IMG/VR virus record: IMGVR_UViG_3300048780_000186
DNA from: an uncultured virus (IMG/VR IMGVR_UViG_3300048780_000186)
Lineage: Duplodnaviria; Heunggongvirae; Uroviricota; Caudoviricetes
DNA: 64,000 bases
Strand: one strand, 5' to 3'
Of this stretch, positions 46,971 to 55,686 are shown piece by piece (within the stretch, counting starts at the first letter, position 1; each line of letters begins with the position of its first letter). The position numbers and the translations under genes are program-made. The notes under the pieces are model-generated. The model was given only the letters and a program-made list of their open reading frames with translations, searched no databases and had not been told where the DNA came from.

Positions 46971-47588
46971 TCAGAAGGGGATGTCGTCGTCGATCAGGGC
47001 CTGCTGCGCGGGCTGGACAGCCGCAGGGGCGGATTGCCGCTGCTGTGTCTGCCGGGCTGCGGGAGCTGCCGCTTGTGTGCGGGGCGCCGCGGCCTGACGA
47101 GGAGCTGCCGTCTGACGCGGGGCCGGTTGCTGTGCGGGCGCAGCGGCCTGCTGATGGTTCCCGTTCCCGCCATTCCCGTTGCTGTTGCCGTTGTTTTCGC
47201 TCTTAGGCACCACACGGAACGGACCGGAGATGTCGCGCGCAACGCAGCGGAAGCCGACGGCCGCGTTGTCGATCACATTGCCGCTCTGCTTGTCCTTCTT
47301 CGAATAGGTCGTGAACTCCATCTCGCCATCGTTGATGACGATCGTGTCGCCGGGGCTGAACCGTTCGGCAACATACTGAGCCTGACGGCCGAATGCAACC
47401 ACGTTGACCCAAGTGGTCTTGTAGGCCGTGGTCTGATCCTGGCCGTTGTAGTTGCGGACGTCGCCCTTGCCTTCGCCGACCCACCGCTCGGTGGCGACGC
47501 CGACCTGCACCCAAGCCTTGTCGCCTTCACCCTGCAACTCCGGCTGCTTGCCAATCTTGCCATCGAAATGAACCTTGATTCCTGCCAT
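46971..47588 (-). CDS. ssb: single-stranded DNA-binding protein
   Basis: G.IG..PEL, TTWVNVVAFGRQA, C-terminal DDDIPF. Confidence 0.9.
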   Translation of the reverse strand: MAGIKVHFDGKIGKQPELQGEGDKAWVQVGVATERWVGEGKGDVRNYNGQDQTTAYKTTWVNVVAFGRQAQYVAERFSPGDTIVINDGEMEFTTYSKKDKQSGNVIDNAAVGFRCVARDISGPFRVVPKSENNGNSNGNGGNGNHQQAAAPAQQPAPRQTAAPRQAAAPRTQAAAPAARQTQQRQSAPAAVQPAQQALIDDDIPF

Positions 47589-47661
47589 GCTTCTCTTCCT
47601 CTTTCATCCAGCCATACGGCCGGGGATTCTCTTAGTTGACATCAATCTGAGCGAGTACAAA

Positions 47662-47715
47662 ACTAACCGTAAGGTAGCTCGCCAGACACCGGACTGCATT
47701 CGGGTAAAGCCCTTA
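47662..47715. promoter_or_regulatory. motif A (47662-47673) and motif B (47699-47715) upstream of ssb
   Basis: ACTAACCGTAAG; TTCGGGTAAAGCCCTTA. Confidence 0.5.
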
Positions 47716-47806
47716 GGCTTGCTCTGCAGGTAGAGGTGGCGCAACCAACCCGCGCTTCTCCCACTCCTGGCGGCAGACGGGATGATAGATCCACCACTTG
47801 GCTATC

Positions 47807-48634
47807 TCAGGCGGATCGTTCTCCTGAGCGTACTTGCGGAAATCGGCCTCTTCCGCCGGGTCGAGCTGGCGAAACAGAATCTCTTGCAGCATGTTTCCTC
47901 TTGCGTTCGCACTGGGTCACCGGTATAGGCGCCATCTGGCCGGTGGCGAGGTTGACGAAGCCTCCTTGATAGGAAACCTCGCGGTGCCTGAACAGCCGCG
48001 CCAGCAAAGCGAGCGCGTGATTGGCCAGCACCTGGTTCACAAAGGGCTCCTGTCGTTTCAACGCCTCGACGGAGCTGCAGGAGGGCAGCGTGTCCTCGCC
48101 GTCCAGTCTGGGATCGATGATCTCCGGGTAGAGTTCCGCGACCGTAAGCAGACGGTACTTGGCATGCTGATTGCGCCGGTTCCGGGGCTGGCCCAGAACG
48201 AACTGGCCGTTGTCGGCATTGTTCCCGATGTCCAGCCAGTAGAGCGTCTTCTTGAAGGCTGGAGACCGGCTGATGGCCAGCCTGGCCGCCCGCGTATCCA
48301 CACAGGTGATCAGGATGTCTACAACCCCATCTGTCTTCTCTGTGAAGTGCCCAGTGGAGGCGTTCCATTTCAGTCCCCAGAAGAGGTTCAGCCTGTTGGC
48401 AATAACCAGTGACTTGTACAGGCCGATCTCCGACTGGGAGAAAGGCTGCCTTACACAATTGGTGGAGGAGATGCGATCGCCATCAACGAAGATGACATTG
48501 AGACCTGGCTGTCCCTCGGCAAGGAGGGACTGGTTGATGTACGGCAAGCCGCCGGCCAGCGCACTACCTGTCCCTCCACATCCCACCACTGCGACGCGGG
48601 TCCGTGAGCATCTGTGATCCAGCTTGTGGTTCAA
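47807..48634 (-). CDS. PRTRC system ThiF-family (E1-like) protein
   Basis: VVGCGGTGS, DGDRISSTNCVRQ, ITCVDT, WLDIGN...GQFVLG, PSCS..EAL..Q; probable TTG start. Confidence 0.9.
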   Translation of the reverse strand: MNHKLDHRCSRTRVAVVGCGGTGSALAGGLPYINQSLLAEGQPGLNVIFVDGDRISSTNCVRQPFSQSEIGLYKSLVIANRLNLFWGLKWNASTGHFTEKTDGVVDILITCVDTRAARLAISRSPAFKKTLYWLDIGNNADNGQFVLGQPRNRRNQHAKYRLLTVAELYPEIIDPRLDGEDTLPSCSSVEALKRQEPFVNQVLANHALALLARLFRHREVSYQGGFVNLATGQMAPIPVTQCERKRKHAARDSVSPARPGGRGRFPQVRSGERSA

Positions 48635-48915
48635 GGGATTGCCACCGATCTCTTGACTCGCTTGTACTTGTTGCGAAGACGTAGCCTCTGCTTGTTGAAG
48701 ATTGTGATCGTCAACCGCGAGCCCATGTTCAGCAGAGAGAATTCCATCTTCTCGACCAGGGCGTAGTGAAGGCTCACCCCAGTCGTTAGATCGACCAGCG
48801 GATACTTGCCCGTGGTCTTGATGTAGAAGCTGCCTTTGCACTCCAGGATGGTTCCGATTTCAAAGTCCTGAAAGCGATAACGCAACCCAACGGTAACAGC
48901 GATTGTGTTCTTCAT
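48631..48915 (-). CDS. hypothetical protein inside PRTRC cassette
   Basis: Coupled at both ends. Confidence 0.6.
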   Translation of the reverse strand: MKNTIAVTVGLRYRFQDFEIGTILECKGSFYIKTTGKYPLVDLTTGVSLHYALVEKMEFSLLNMGSRLTITIFNKQRLRLRNKYKRVKRSVAIP

Positions 48916-49634
48916 TGGCATCCTTCAGTCAGCAAGTCACGAACTGTCTGTTTGGAGGAGTGCAGATACTCGATGCCGAAGGCTTCAGCGCCGGCCAGTT
49001 CCGTCCACAGCCCAAGGAAACCTCCGGGGTGCTTGGTAAGCACGCCAGCTCCGCTGGGATGGGTGAATTCGCTATCGAAGAAACCTTCTTCCCAGACTTC
49101 CAACGTGGACACGTCGGTGACCCTCGGCCGCTTCATGCTGCCGGAGCAGACACTTCCTCGACCGGGCTCGGTGTTCCAGTAGGGAGCCACGAAGAGTGGA
49201 TCTTCCGGATCAGGACGGTGATCCCCAGCCAGAGCGCGCAAGGATAAGCGGCCGCGGTTGACGATCCAGATCAAAGCCGGGTGAGGAAACACCTGGCCAT
49301 TCAGAGCTGCAGCCTCTTCCTTGTGGAAGAACATGGCCCGCTTTCTTGCCGGCGTCCACCAGACAATCGCGTTGGAGGTGCAGGCGATGACATTCGGCGG
49401 CAGGTAAACCAGGCCGGTCTTCTGCCCAAGAGTCTCCAGGAGTTCAGTCAACAACTCGATCGAGATGAGGCTGCCAGGGCCGACCTGCAGTTCCCCGTCC
49501 AGGCAAACCGGCGTGTGTTCAGTCAGGAATCCGGACTTGTCCTTCTCGGTTCCGCCAGCATAGTAGAGCAGCACCTTGTTCAGGGTGTACTCATGGCGCA
49601 TCCCAATGTTTACTTCGAGGTGCATTTCTCCCAC
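48912..49634 (-). CDS. PRTRC system protein B (prokaryotic E2 family D-like)
   Basis: IVWWTPARKR.MFF, PHPALI, APYWN...VCSGS, WEEGFF.SEFTH. Confidence 0.85.
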   Translation of the reverse strand: MGEMHLEVNIGMRHEYTLNKVLLYYAGGTEKDKSGFLTEHTPVCLDGELQVGPGSLISIELLTELLETLGQKTGLVYLPPNVIACTSNAIVWWTPARKRAMFFHKEEAAALNGQVFPHPALIWIVNRGRLSLRALAGDHRPDPEDPLFVAPYWNTEPGRGSVCSGSMKRPRVTDVSTLEVWEEGFFDSEFTHPSGAGVLTKHPGGFLGLWTELAGAEAFGIEYLHSSKQTVRDLLTEGCQ

Positions 49635-50716
49635 TCCTCAACTGTCATCACGCACTTGTTCAGAAGGCCGATCAGCTTGACCATCCGAGGCAGAGCTTCG
49701 AACAGCTGCGCGAATGCCTGGTAGTCATCAGGCCGATAACCCCGGACGATAGTTGGCGTCGGGTCACAGCCGCTGTTGTACAGGTCCTGCTGGTATTCAT
49801 CGATCCAGGCGGTGATGTTGTCCTTCCTGTCGACACCGAGGGCAAGACCGATCTGCGAAGCGCCGTCGTAATACCGGGCATTCCCGACGGAGTATTCCAG
49901 CTCGGGGATTGTCTTCGACAACTTGATCGTCTTGGAAAGCTTGTAGGCTTCCAAGCAGGTCAGGAAGAGTGCCTTGCATTCCTCATCGGGAATGGTGTCG
50001 AAGGCTGCTTTGATGCGACGCTCGGCGAACTTTAACCGGCTGGCTTCCTTGAGATACACCGGACAGTCATTGGGATCGGCGAGCTCCTCAGCCAGAGGCT
50101 CTTCCCCTTGCTCCCTCTCTTCAGCCAGGTAATCCTGACGTATTTCATATTCGGCTTTGGCTTCATTCAAAGAGAAAGGCATCGTCACGGCACAGGCTGC
50201 GCCATAGATCAGCCAGTAGAACGTCGCCATCAGCTTCTCGTACTCAGGAGCATTGCCCAGGCGTTGGACCACCGTATCCAGTGCCATGTATTGCATCGAC
50301 CCATTGGTCCAGGAGAAACACAAGTACAACGGTTCCTTCTTTGCCTTCCGCATCCACTCTTCACTGCTCAGCTCGAAGTGAATCTCAAACCCTTCTTCGC
50401 ACCAACAGGAAGCCAGCATGTCTTTCAGCGCCCGGATCAGAACTTCAACAACATCTTTGGCACCCTCGATGTGTTCATTCCTCACATAGCCTTTGTCCAC
50501 CAGAACTTCTAGCGGTTTGAGAGCCAGCTCCATATCGCGGCGAACCGTGTACTGGAACTGCACCCCGCGCAGACTTGGCAGGCGGAGAAAGTTGGCCGGC
50601 GCGATCAGACCAACGGATGGATCAGACTCGCGGCGGGAGTGAGCAGCTCTTTGTCTCGTTGACGCCTGTCGAACAGCACATGCAGAGCCTGCCCTATCTT
50701 TCGCGCGGATTCGCAT
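49610..50716 (-). CDS. PRTRC system protein F-like (start uncertain)
   Basis: Position between C and B; LPSL..V near N-terminus. Confidence 0.6.
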   Translation of the reverse strand: MRIRAKDRAGSACAVRQASTRQRAAHSRRESDPSVGLIAPANFLRLPSLRGVQFQYTVRRDMELALKPLEVLVDKGYVRNEHIEGAKDVVEVLIRALKDMLASCWCEEGFEIHFELSSEEWMRKAKKEPLYLCFSWTNGSMQYMALDTVVQRLGNAPEYEKLMATFYWLIYGAACAVTMPFSLNEAKAEYEIRQDYLAEEREQGEEPLAEELADPNDCPVYLKEASRLKFAERRIKAAFDTIPDEECKALFLTCLEAYKLSKTIKLSKTIPELEYSVGNARYYDGASQIGLALGVDRKDNITAWIDEYQQDLYNSGCDPTPTIVRGYRPDDYQAFAQLFEALPRMVKLIGLLNKCVMTVEEWEKCTSK

Positions 50717-50817
50717 TTCACAACCTCGCCAACAATGGCAATCGAAGCGGGATCACCCTGATCCGCAAACTCATTGAGCCTGCGGATCAAGGCAACCTTC
50801 TTTGATGATCTGGTCAA
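50605..50817 (-). CDS. small hypothetical protein between PRTRC C and F
   Basis: TTG start, KKVALIRRLNEFA...; overlaps the longest F reading. Confidence 0.4.
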   Translation of the reverse strand: MTRSSKKVALIRRLNEFADQGDPASIAIVGEVVKCESARKIGQALHVLFDRRQRDKELLTPAASLIHPLV

Positions 50818-50821
50818 CTGA

Positions 50822-51031
50822 CTACCCCTTGGCACCCACTGCCCGACCGAAGCGGAACCGCAGCTTGCCGTTGCGGGCCTCAGGGCCCACAACTGTTGCC
50901 GTGGTGATCTCGGGGTACTGCGGAGCGTACATCGCCCGCACCTGCTCGATGGTGAATTCCGGATTGGGGTCCGGCAACACTGCATCATCGAACACGAACT
51001 CCCGCGTCATTTTCTCGACTTTGACTGCCAT
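50822..51031 (-). CDS. PRTRC system protein C (ubiquitin-like)
   Basis: REF...LPDPNP...EQVR..YA..YPEITTA...GPE...GAKG. Confidence 0.9.
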   Translation of the reverse strand: MAVKVEKMTREFVFDDAVLPDPNPEFTIEQVRAMYAPQYPEITTATVVGPEARNGKLRFRFGRAVGAKG

Positions 51032-51618
51032 TATTCGGCCTCGCCTTCGTCGAATCCGTCTGGTAGTTCAGCGGGAAGTTCGCCGTCTTCTGCCGGCGGT
51101 GCCGCAGCGGGTTCCTCGGCGTGAACGGCGGCAGCGGCATTGGCATCGCCCGCGGCCTCCCAGAGTGTGAAGGTATCCGGGGCCTGGGCAGTACCAGCCG
51201 TTGTCTTGGTTGGATGAACGGCAGGCTTGCCTTCATCCTTCTTGTCGGCCTTCGCCGGCGTCACCTTGGTCTTGGCCTTCGCCGTTGCTTCCTTGGCTGA
51301 CTTGGCAACCTCGGCAAGCGTCTCCTGGAGTTCCTTCAGGCTTTCCAGAACGGTTGTGTGGCCGTCGGAGTAGCTGGCCAGCAATTGAGGCAGCTCAGCG
51401 TCGATCTCTTCGGGTGTGCCCACCAGGGATAGGGGTGTGATCAAGGCTGCAACATCTTCCTTTGTCACGCCTTCCTTCTGGGTCACGTCGCGGGTCAGCT
51501 GGCTGTCACTGTCGACCGCCTTGGGAATGACGTTGACCCTGATTTTGGTCTTGTCAACCGAAGCGATCGTAATCGTCACGGGCCGACTCTTCAGAATCGG
51601 CATCAGTTCTGTGAACAT
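51031..51618 (-). CDS. PRTRC system protein E
   Basis: MFTELMP...VNVIP...PLSLVGTPEEIDAEL. Confidence 0.85.
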   Translation of the reverse strand: MFTELMPILKSRPVTITIASVDKTKIRVNVIPKAVDSDSQLTRDVTQKEGVTKEDVAALITPLSLVGTPEEIDAELPQLLASYSDGHTTVLESLKELQETLAEVAKSAKEATAKAKTKVTPAKADKKDEGKPAVHPTKTTAGTAQAPDTFTLWEAAGDANAAAAVHAEEPAAAPPAEDGELPAELPDGFDEGEAE

Positions 51619-51651
51619 GGTTGTCCTCGCCCAATGGGCTGTTGATGTTGG

Positions 51652-52839
51652 CTATAGATCGGTTACACCGGAACGGTGGCCGCCAAGCTCAGTCCTGAAT
51701 CGGATCTGACCTTTGAATTCCTCCGGCCGGTTCCAATCGAACAGACACGGATCACTCAGGTTGTAAAAGGGATTGATTTCCAACAGCTTGACACCGTACT
51801 GGTTATAGCTGTCAGAAAGACTCCGCCGGCGCTTGATGAACACATCGAAGACTACTGAATCGAGATGAGAAGCATCTCGCAATTCCTTGTCAAAGAACTG
51901 CTCGATCGCCCACTTGATGCCGGCGGCGTCTTCGGTAATCTCCGAGTACACTCCGCGGTAGTAGTATTGGCTGATCCCGACGAGCTTGCGGTCCTGCATG
52001 AAGCAACGGAACTCTGACCACTCGGGCAGGTCCAGGCCCTCACGGATCCAAACACTGGGCGGGTAGTTCATGGCGATCTGCATATGCAGGTCGTCATAGA
52101 TGCGCTCGGAACAGCAGGTCAGGAGATCGAAAGCCATCTGGCCTGAGGTGATTTGGCCATTTGGCAACTGAGCGCCTTCGCCGAGGCCACATCCCCAGTA
52201 AAAAGCATCCTTCGGACTGCGCGAGCCAAGGCGGACAAAGATACCCTTTGGGAACTGCTGAACGGCCTTGTCCAGCCGCGCGATCAGGAGATCCTTTACC
52301 GTCTCGTGGTTCTCGGGCACACCCTCGGTAAATCCTTCGCCCAGCTCGATGATGTAGCTGCCCATGACGCGCGCTTCTTCCAGGGTCATCTGAACCCTTA
52401 CTGAGGGAACTGACAAGCTGTGCAAAGCGTTCGGCCAGCTCTCGATGTAGGTCGGCCATGACACATCCCAGATGGGTCCCTTGGGCTTGTATCTCTCCGA
52501 CTCGGGCTTCTTCAACCACTCTTCCCCGGCGGCTATACTTGCCTTCATCATGGCAAGAGAAAACTCATGGCGCTCTGGTGAACCAGGCGCGCCGAACTCT
52601 GCGAACCGATCTGTCGAGGGGTCGTAATCACTCATGTCAGGAATATCTTCCTGATGTGCAACGGCGCCGCCGGTACGGCCGCACCCTTCGCAAGAATGGC
52701 TGGTGTGGGATAAACAGCCGACATGGCTGCATGGTTCATCTGGCTCAAGCGCTGTCGCTGTGGTTAAACCAGCGATCCGCTCCTGCTCCCGCCACCATTC
52801 AGGGGGATGAGTGTGCTCATTCATCGTGGTGTCTGCCAT
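51652..52839 (-). CDS. Cdc123/R2K-like ATP-grasp protein
   Basis: FVRLGSRSPKDA, EFRCFM...GISQYY, VVFDV, LLEINPF..SDPCLFDW. Confidence 0.85.
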   Translation of the reverse strand: MADTTMNEHTHPPEWWREQERIAGLTTATALEPDEPCSHVGCLSHTSHSCEGCGRTGGAVAHQEDIPDMSDYDPSTDRFAEFGAPGSPERHEFSLAMMKASIAAGEEWLKKPESERYKPKGPIWDVSWPTYIESWPNALHSLSVPSVRVQMTLEEARVMGSYIIELGEGFTEGVPENHETVKDLLIARLDKAVQQFPKGIFVRLGSRSPKDAFYWGCGLGEGAQLPNGQITSGQMAFDLLTCCSERIYDDLHMQIAMNYPPSVWIREGLDLPEWSEFRCFMQDRKLVGISQYYYRGVYSEITEDAAGIKWAIEQFFDKELRDASHLDSVVFDVFIKRRRSLSDSYNQYGVKLLEINPFYNLSDPCLFDWNRPEEFKGQIRFRTELGGHRSGVTDL

Positions 52840-52852
52840 GTTTCTCCAAAGT

Positions 52853-52936
52853 TGGACGGCGGTTGGATTCGAACCCACGAAGGCTTGAGCCGGCAGTTTT
52901 GCAGATTGCCGCGTTTGACCACTTCGCTACCGCACG
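52853..52936 (-). tRNA. atypical tRNA-Cys(GCA) with long variable arm
   Basis: D arm GCGAAGTGGTCAAACGC, loop CTGCAAA, extra arm GGCTCAAGCC, GGTTCGAATCC, ends T-CCA; imperfect acceptor. Confidence 0.65.
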
Positions 52937-52942
52937 TTCGAG

Positions 52943-53122
52943 TTAGGCAACGCGATCCTCATTATTCAAGTGATACGTCTGAAACCCTAAAGGACCGAGA
53001 CCAAGCATATCCGTGGCAAAACCTTCTGCTTCTTCTCTGGATGAAAACCAACGCAGAACCAAAAGCATTGGCCCCTTCTTCCTACGGTCCAGCAGAATCC
53101 AGACATCTTCCAATTCAGCCAT
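52943..53122 (-). CDS. hypothetical protein
   Basis: 59 aa, FSSREEAE. Confidence 0.55.
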   Translation of the reverse strand: MAELEDVWILLDRRKKGPMLLVLRWFSSREEAEGFATDMLGLGPLGFQTYHLNNEDRVA

Positions 53123-53123
53123 G

Positions 53124-53717
53124 TCATGCAACCCTTTCGTTGTTGATGATGTGGTCGAACGGATCGAAGTCCGCTTCGGAAACAAAGGGCACATCACTAT
53201 TTGGTAGGACACTGATCGGTGACATCACAGGAAGTAACCGAACGGTGCCAGCGAGAGGCCGCTTCATTGTTGCCGGATCGATCCCGAACTGCTTCAGATA
53301 CGAGATGTCCAGAGTCCATTCATGCCGGCTGCGTTCCTCAAAGATCTCGAATGCCCTGGCAATATAGGCATCAGCAGTCGATTGTTGTGGCCACTGGTTC
53401 ACCTTCATCAGGTGAGCGCGGACTTCTTCGAACTCGCCATTCACACTGGCTAAGCCGATGTGCTTGACTTTGTGGCACATGGGACACAGAGCTATCAGCC
53501 TCACCAGAGTCTGGGTATGCGTCTTGTCGTCGTACAGCCAGACCTCATGGCACTCAACAGGCCAGCGACGGCCACGGCCGGCGCAGATCTCGCAGCGGTG
53601 CCGGGTCAGCTTCGAGGTTTGCTTCTTCAGAACTTCCCACACGGAAGGAGGGACGCTGGATCTCACATTCGAGAACCAGCAGGAGGCGGGCACAAGCTCG
53701 ATTGTCAGTCGCGGCAC
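53124..53717 (-). CDS. HNH-like endonuclease
   Basis: RCEICAG, ECHEVW, LIALCPMCHKVKH. Confidence 0.75.
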   Translation of the reverse strand: MPRLTIELVPASCWFSNVRSSVPPSVWEVLKKQTSKLTRHRCEICAGRGRRWPVECHEVWLYDDKTHTQTLVRLIALCPMCHKVKHIGLASVNGEFEEVRAHLMKVNQWPQQSTADAYIARAFEIFEERSRHEWTLDISYLKQFGIDPATMKRPLAGTVRLLPVMSPISVLPNSDVPFVSEADFDPFDHIINNERVA

Positions 53718-53742
53718 GGTCAGTTCTCGAACACTTTGTTGG

Positions 53743-53925
53743 TCATAGCGTTGCCGTGATCGGGGCGTCTTCGATCAAGCCGTCATAGGCCCAGATGTGA
53801 TCGCCGCCGTTATTCCGTGCCTGCGTTGCGGCTTCTTCGATGGCGTCGTCTTCAGTCGGCGCCTCGATCTCCATAGAGGTGGTGACCAGGGCTTCCGTTG
53901 TTACTTTCACTCGGAACTTGGGCAT
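53743..53925 (-). CDS. hypothetical protein
   Basis: EIEAPTEDDAIEEA. Confidence 0.6.
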   Translation of the reverse strand: MPKFRVKVTTEALVTTSMEIEAPTEDDAIEEAATQARNNGGDHIWAYDGLIEDAPITATL

Positions 53926-54113
53926 GCTTCCTTCTCATCTTTCTCAATCGTCGCGGCCATGGCAAACAACTGACCGCGTTCACAGGTTGGGTCGTGGTGT
54001 TCACACCCCTTGCATTCTGGACAGCAACTGTAGATGCCGAGCCCGAACTCGGCACGCTTGGCTACAGCCAGAATCCTGGGATAAACCGTGAGCTTTCGTG
54101 CAGTCACATCCAT
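53907..54113 (-). CDS. small zinc-binding protein
   Basis: CCPECKG..H...C. Confidence 0.55.
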   Translation of the reverse strand: MDVTARKLTVYPRILAVAKRAEFGLGIYSCCPECKGCEHHDPTCERGQLFAMAATIEKDEKEACPSSE

Positions 54114-54158
54114 ATCAGTGTTTCCTTTCCTGGTAGTCTGCGGTATCAGGGGAATCCC

Positions 54159-54539
54159 TTAATGCAAGGGATCTACTCTCACCTTGTCCACCCCACGAGA
54201 AATCATTCCGAGGGCGCGCGCCGCTGCGGTAGACAGATCGATCACTCTCGTCTTTGCAGCAGGGCCTCGATCGGTAATGGTGACGATGACAGACTTCTGG
54301 TTTCGCAGCGATGTGACCTTCACACGCGTGCCCAGCGGCAGCGTCCTGCTGGCCGCAGTCAGCTTGCTCTCGTCGAATCTCTGGCCATTGGCCATGCGCC
54401 GGCCCTGGTGGACGTGCCCGTAATAACTGGCGATGCCAACCACGGTCTTCACGGTTCTTGTGACTGCTCTTGCTGTTGCCGTAACAAACAAGAACAAGCA
54501 CAGAATCCAAACGCAAACGGAGCGCTTAAACTGGGGCAC
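54159..54539 (-). CDS. RlpA-like DPBB lytic transglycosylase with signal peptide
   Basis: GIASYYG..HQGRRMANGQRFD, TAASRTLPLGT, ITDRGP, IDLS.AAA. Confidence 0.9.
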   Translation of the reverse strand: MPQFKRSVCVWILCLFLFVTATARAVTRTVKTVVGIASYYGHVHQGRRMANGQRFDESKLTAASRTLPLGTRVKVTSLRNQKSVIVTITDRGPAAKTRVIDLSTAAARALGMISRGVDKVRVDPLH

Positions 54540-54562
54540 GGTGCCTCCTTACAGGATTGAAT

Positions 54563-54892
54563 TCATGCAGCGTGAATGCCTAAGCTATCGAGGTACTTAC
54601 TCATGTCGGGATCACCGTTTACGCGCTTCCGTTCGAGCAAGGGATAGGCCGCCGAGTTGATCTGAACGAACTCAGCCAGACGGGCATATAGAGGTGGGTT
54701 CTTCTTCAGCAGGGCAAGAATCTTCATGCGTGCCGATGGAAAATAGCACACCTTGTCTTGAGCGATGGCCGGGAAGATCACCCAAGCCAGATCGAACCAG
54801 GCGTTGGAACCAATCACAACACCTTCACTCATCCTGAAGCTCAGGTACTCTGCGACATCGGCAATCAACTGACAGCGTTCTGCGCTATCCAA
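54563..54892 (-). CDS. hypothetical protein
   Basis: 109 aa. Confidence 0.55.
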   Translation of the reverse strand: MDSAERCQLIADVAEYLSFRMSEGVVIGSNAWFDLAWVIFPAIAQDKVCYFPSARMKILALLKKNPPLYARLAEFVQINSAAYPLLERKRVNGDPDMSKYLDSLGIHAA

Positions 54893-55034
54893 GAGGATTC
54901 TCCGTCGTAACCTTGAGAGTGGCCGCTCCTGGATACATCTGTGGTTTCAGGTGCTCTGGAATTGGATCGTTGACCGTCTTGTACCAGGCGCCGCGGCGGA
55001 TTGCCGCCTTTGTTCTTGCGTCGAGGAGACCCAT

Positions 55035-55244
55035 TTACTTTCGGTCTCCGATCTCCCAAAAGCCGATCAGCTCGTCGCCATTCACTTCGTCGATGATCTC
55101 GCCCGACATCGTCGAGATTGCATCGTCTGCGAAGGCCTTGGCCTTGATCGGTTCGAGAGAAGTCTGAATGGCCTGGATAGCGTCACCCAGATTGATGCCG
55201 GTTTCCAGAATTCCGATGTCGACTTTGATCACTAACTGTTTCAT
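55035..55244 (-). CDS. hypothetical protein
   Basis: MKQLVIKVD...DEVNGDELIGFW. Confidence 0.6.
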   Translation of the reverse strand: MKQLVIKVDIGILETGINLGDAIQAIQTSLEPIKAKAFADDAISTMSGEIIDEVNGDELIGFWEIGDRK

Positions 55245-55399
55245 GGTTGATCTACCAATTCGCCCGGGATTTCCCGGTAAGCTATTCCCATTCCCTTGAC
55301 GGCGCCGCAAGCATTGCAGCGCGCGCGATTACGGGCAGGATTGCGCTTCTTGCACATGCCGCATTGCCAGCCCGGTTTCAGCAGTTTTGGCTTCTTCAA
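55241..55399 (-). CDS. 52-aa RanBP2-like zinc finger protein
   Basis: WQCGMCKKRNPARNRARCNAC; TTG start after AGGAG. Confidence 0.55.
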   Translation of the reverse strand: MKKPKLLKPGWQCGMCKKRNPARNRARCNACGAVKGMGIAYREIPGELVDQP

Positions 55400-55670
55400 A
55401 TGGCTCTCCTTTACCGAGGGCTATATGGTTCCGTTTGATGAAGTGCTGGCACAGGGCTCTAAACAGCAGATCCCACACCAGCAGCCGCTTACGCGGAAAG
55501 TTGGTGATGACGCCTTCCCTTTACTGGCGGCCATCTTTGCGAAACAGCTTGAAACCGTAGTTTCCGGTGCTTGCTGTTCCGGTGGCATCATTCCAGATGT
55601 GAGCGGACCCGAGAAGGTATGCCTTTGCTTCCTCACCTCTGGGCCACATCTCAATCTTCAAAACGATCAT
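55329..55670 (-). pseudogene. hypothetical gene interrupted by in-frame TAA at codon 50
   Basis: MIVLKIEMWP...KDGRQ*REGVITNFPRKRLLVWDLLFRAL; frame continues past the stop. Confidence 0.55.
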
Positions 55671-55686
55671 CGTATCCTCGAATCGG

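Noticed and set aside
47040..47200. Short tandem repeats in ssb
   Set aside because: They encode the ordinary low-complexity Q/A/P/N/G linker of SSB.
47589..47806. Riboswitch upstream of ssb
   Set aside because: No recognisable aptamer; the region is explained by motifs A and B plus weak hairpins.
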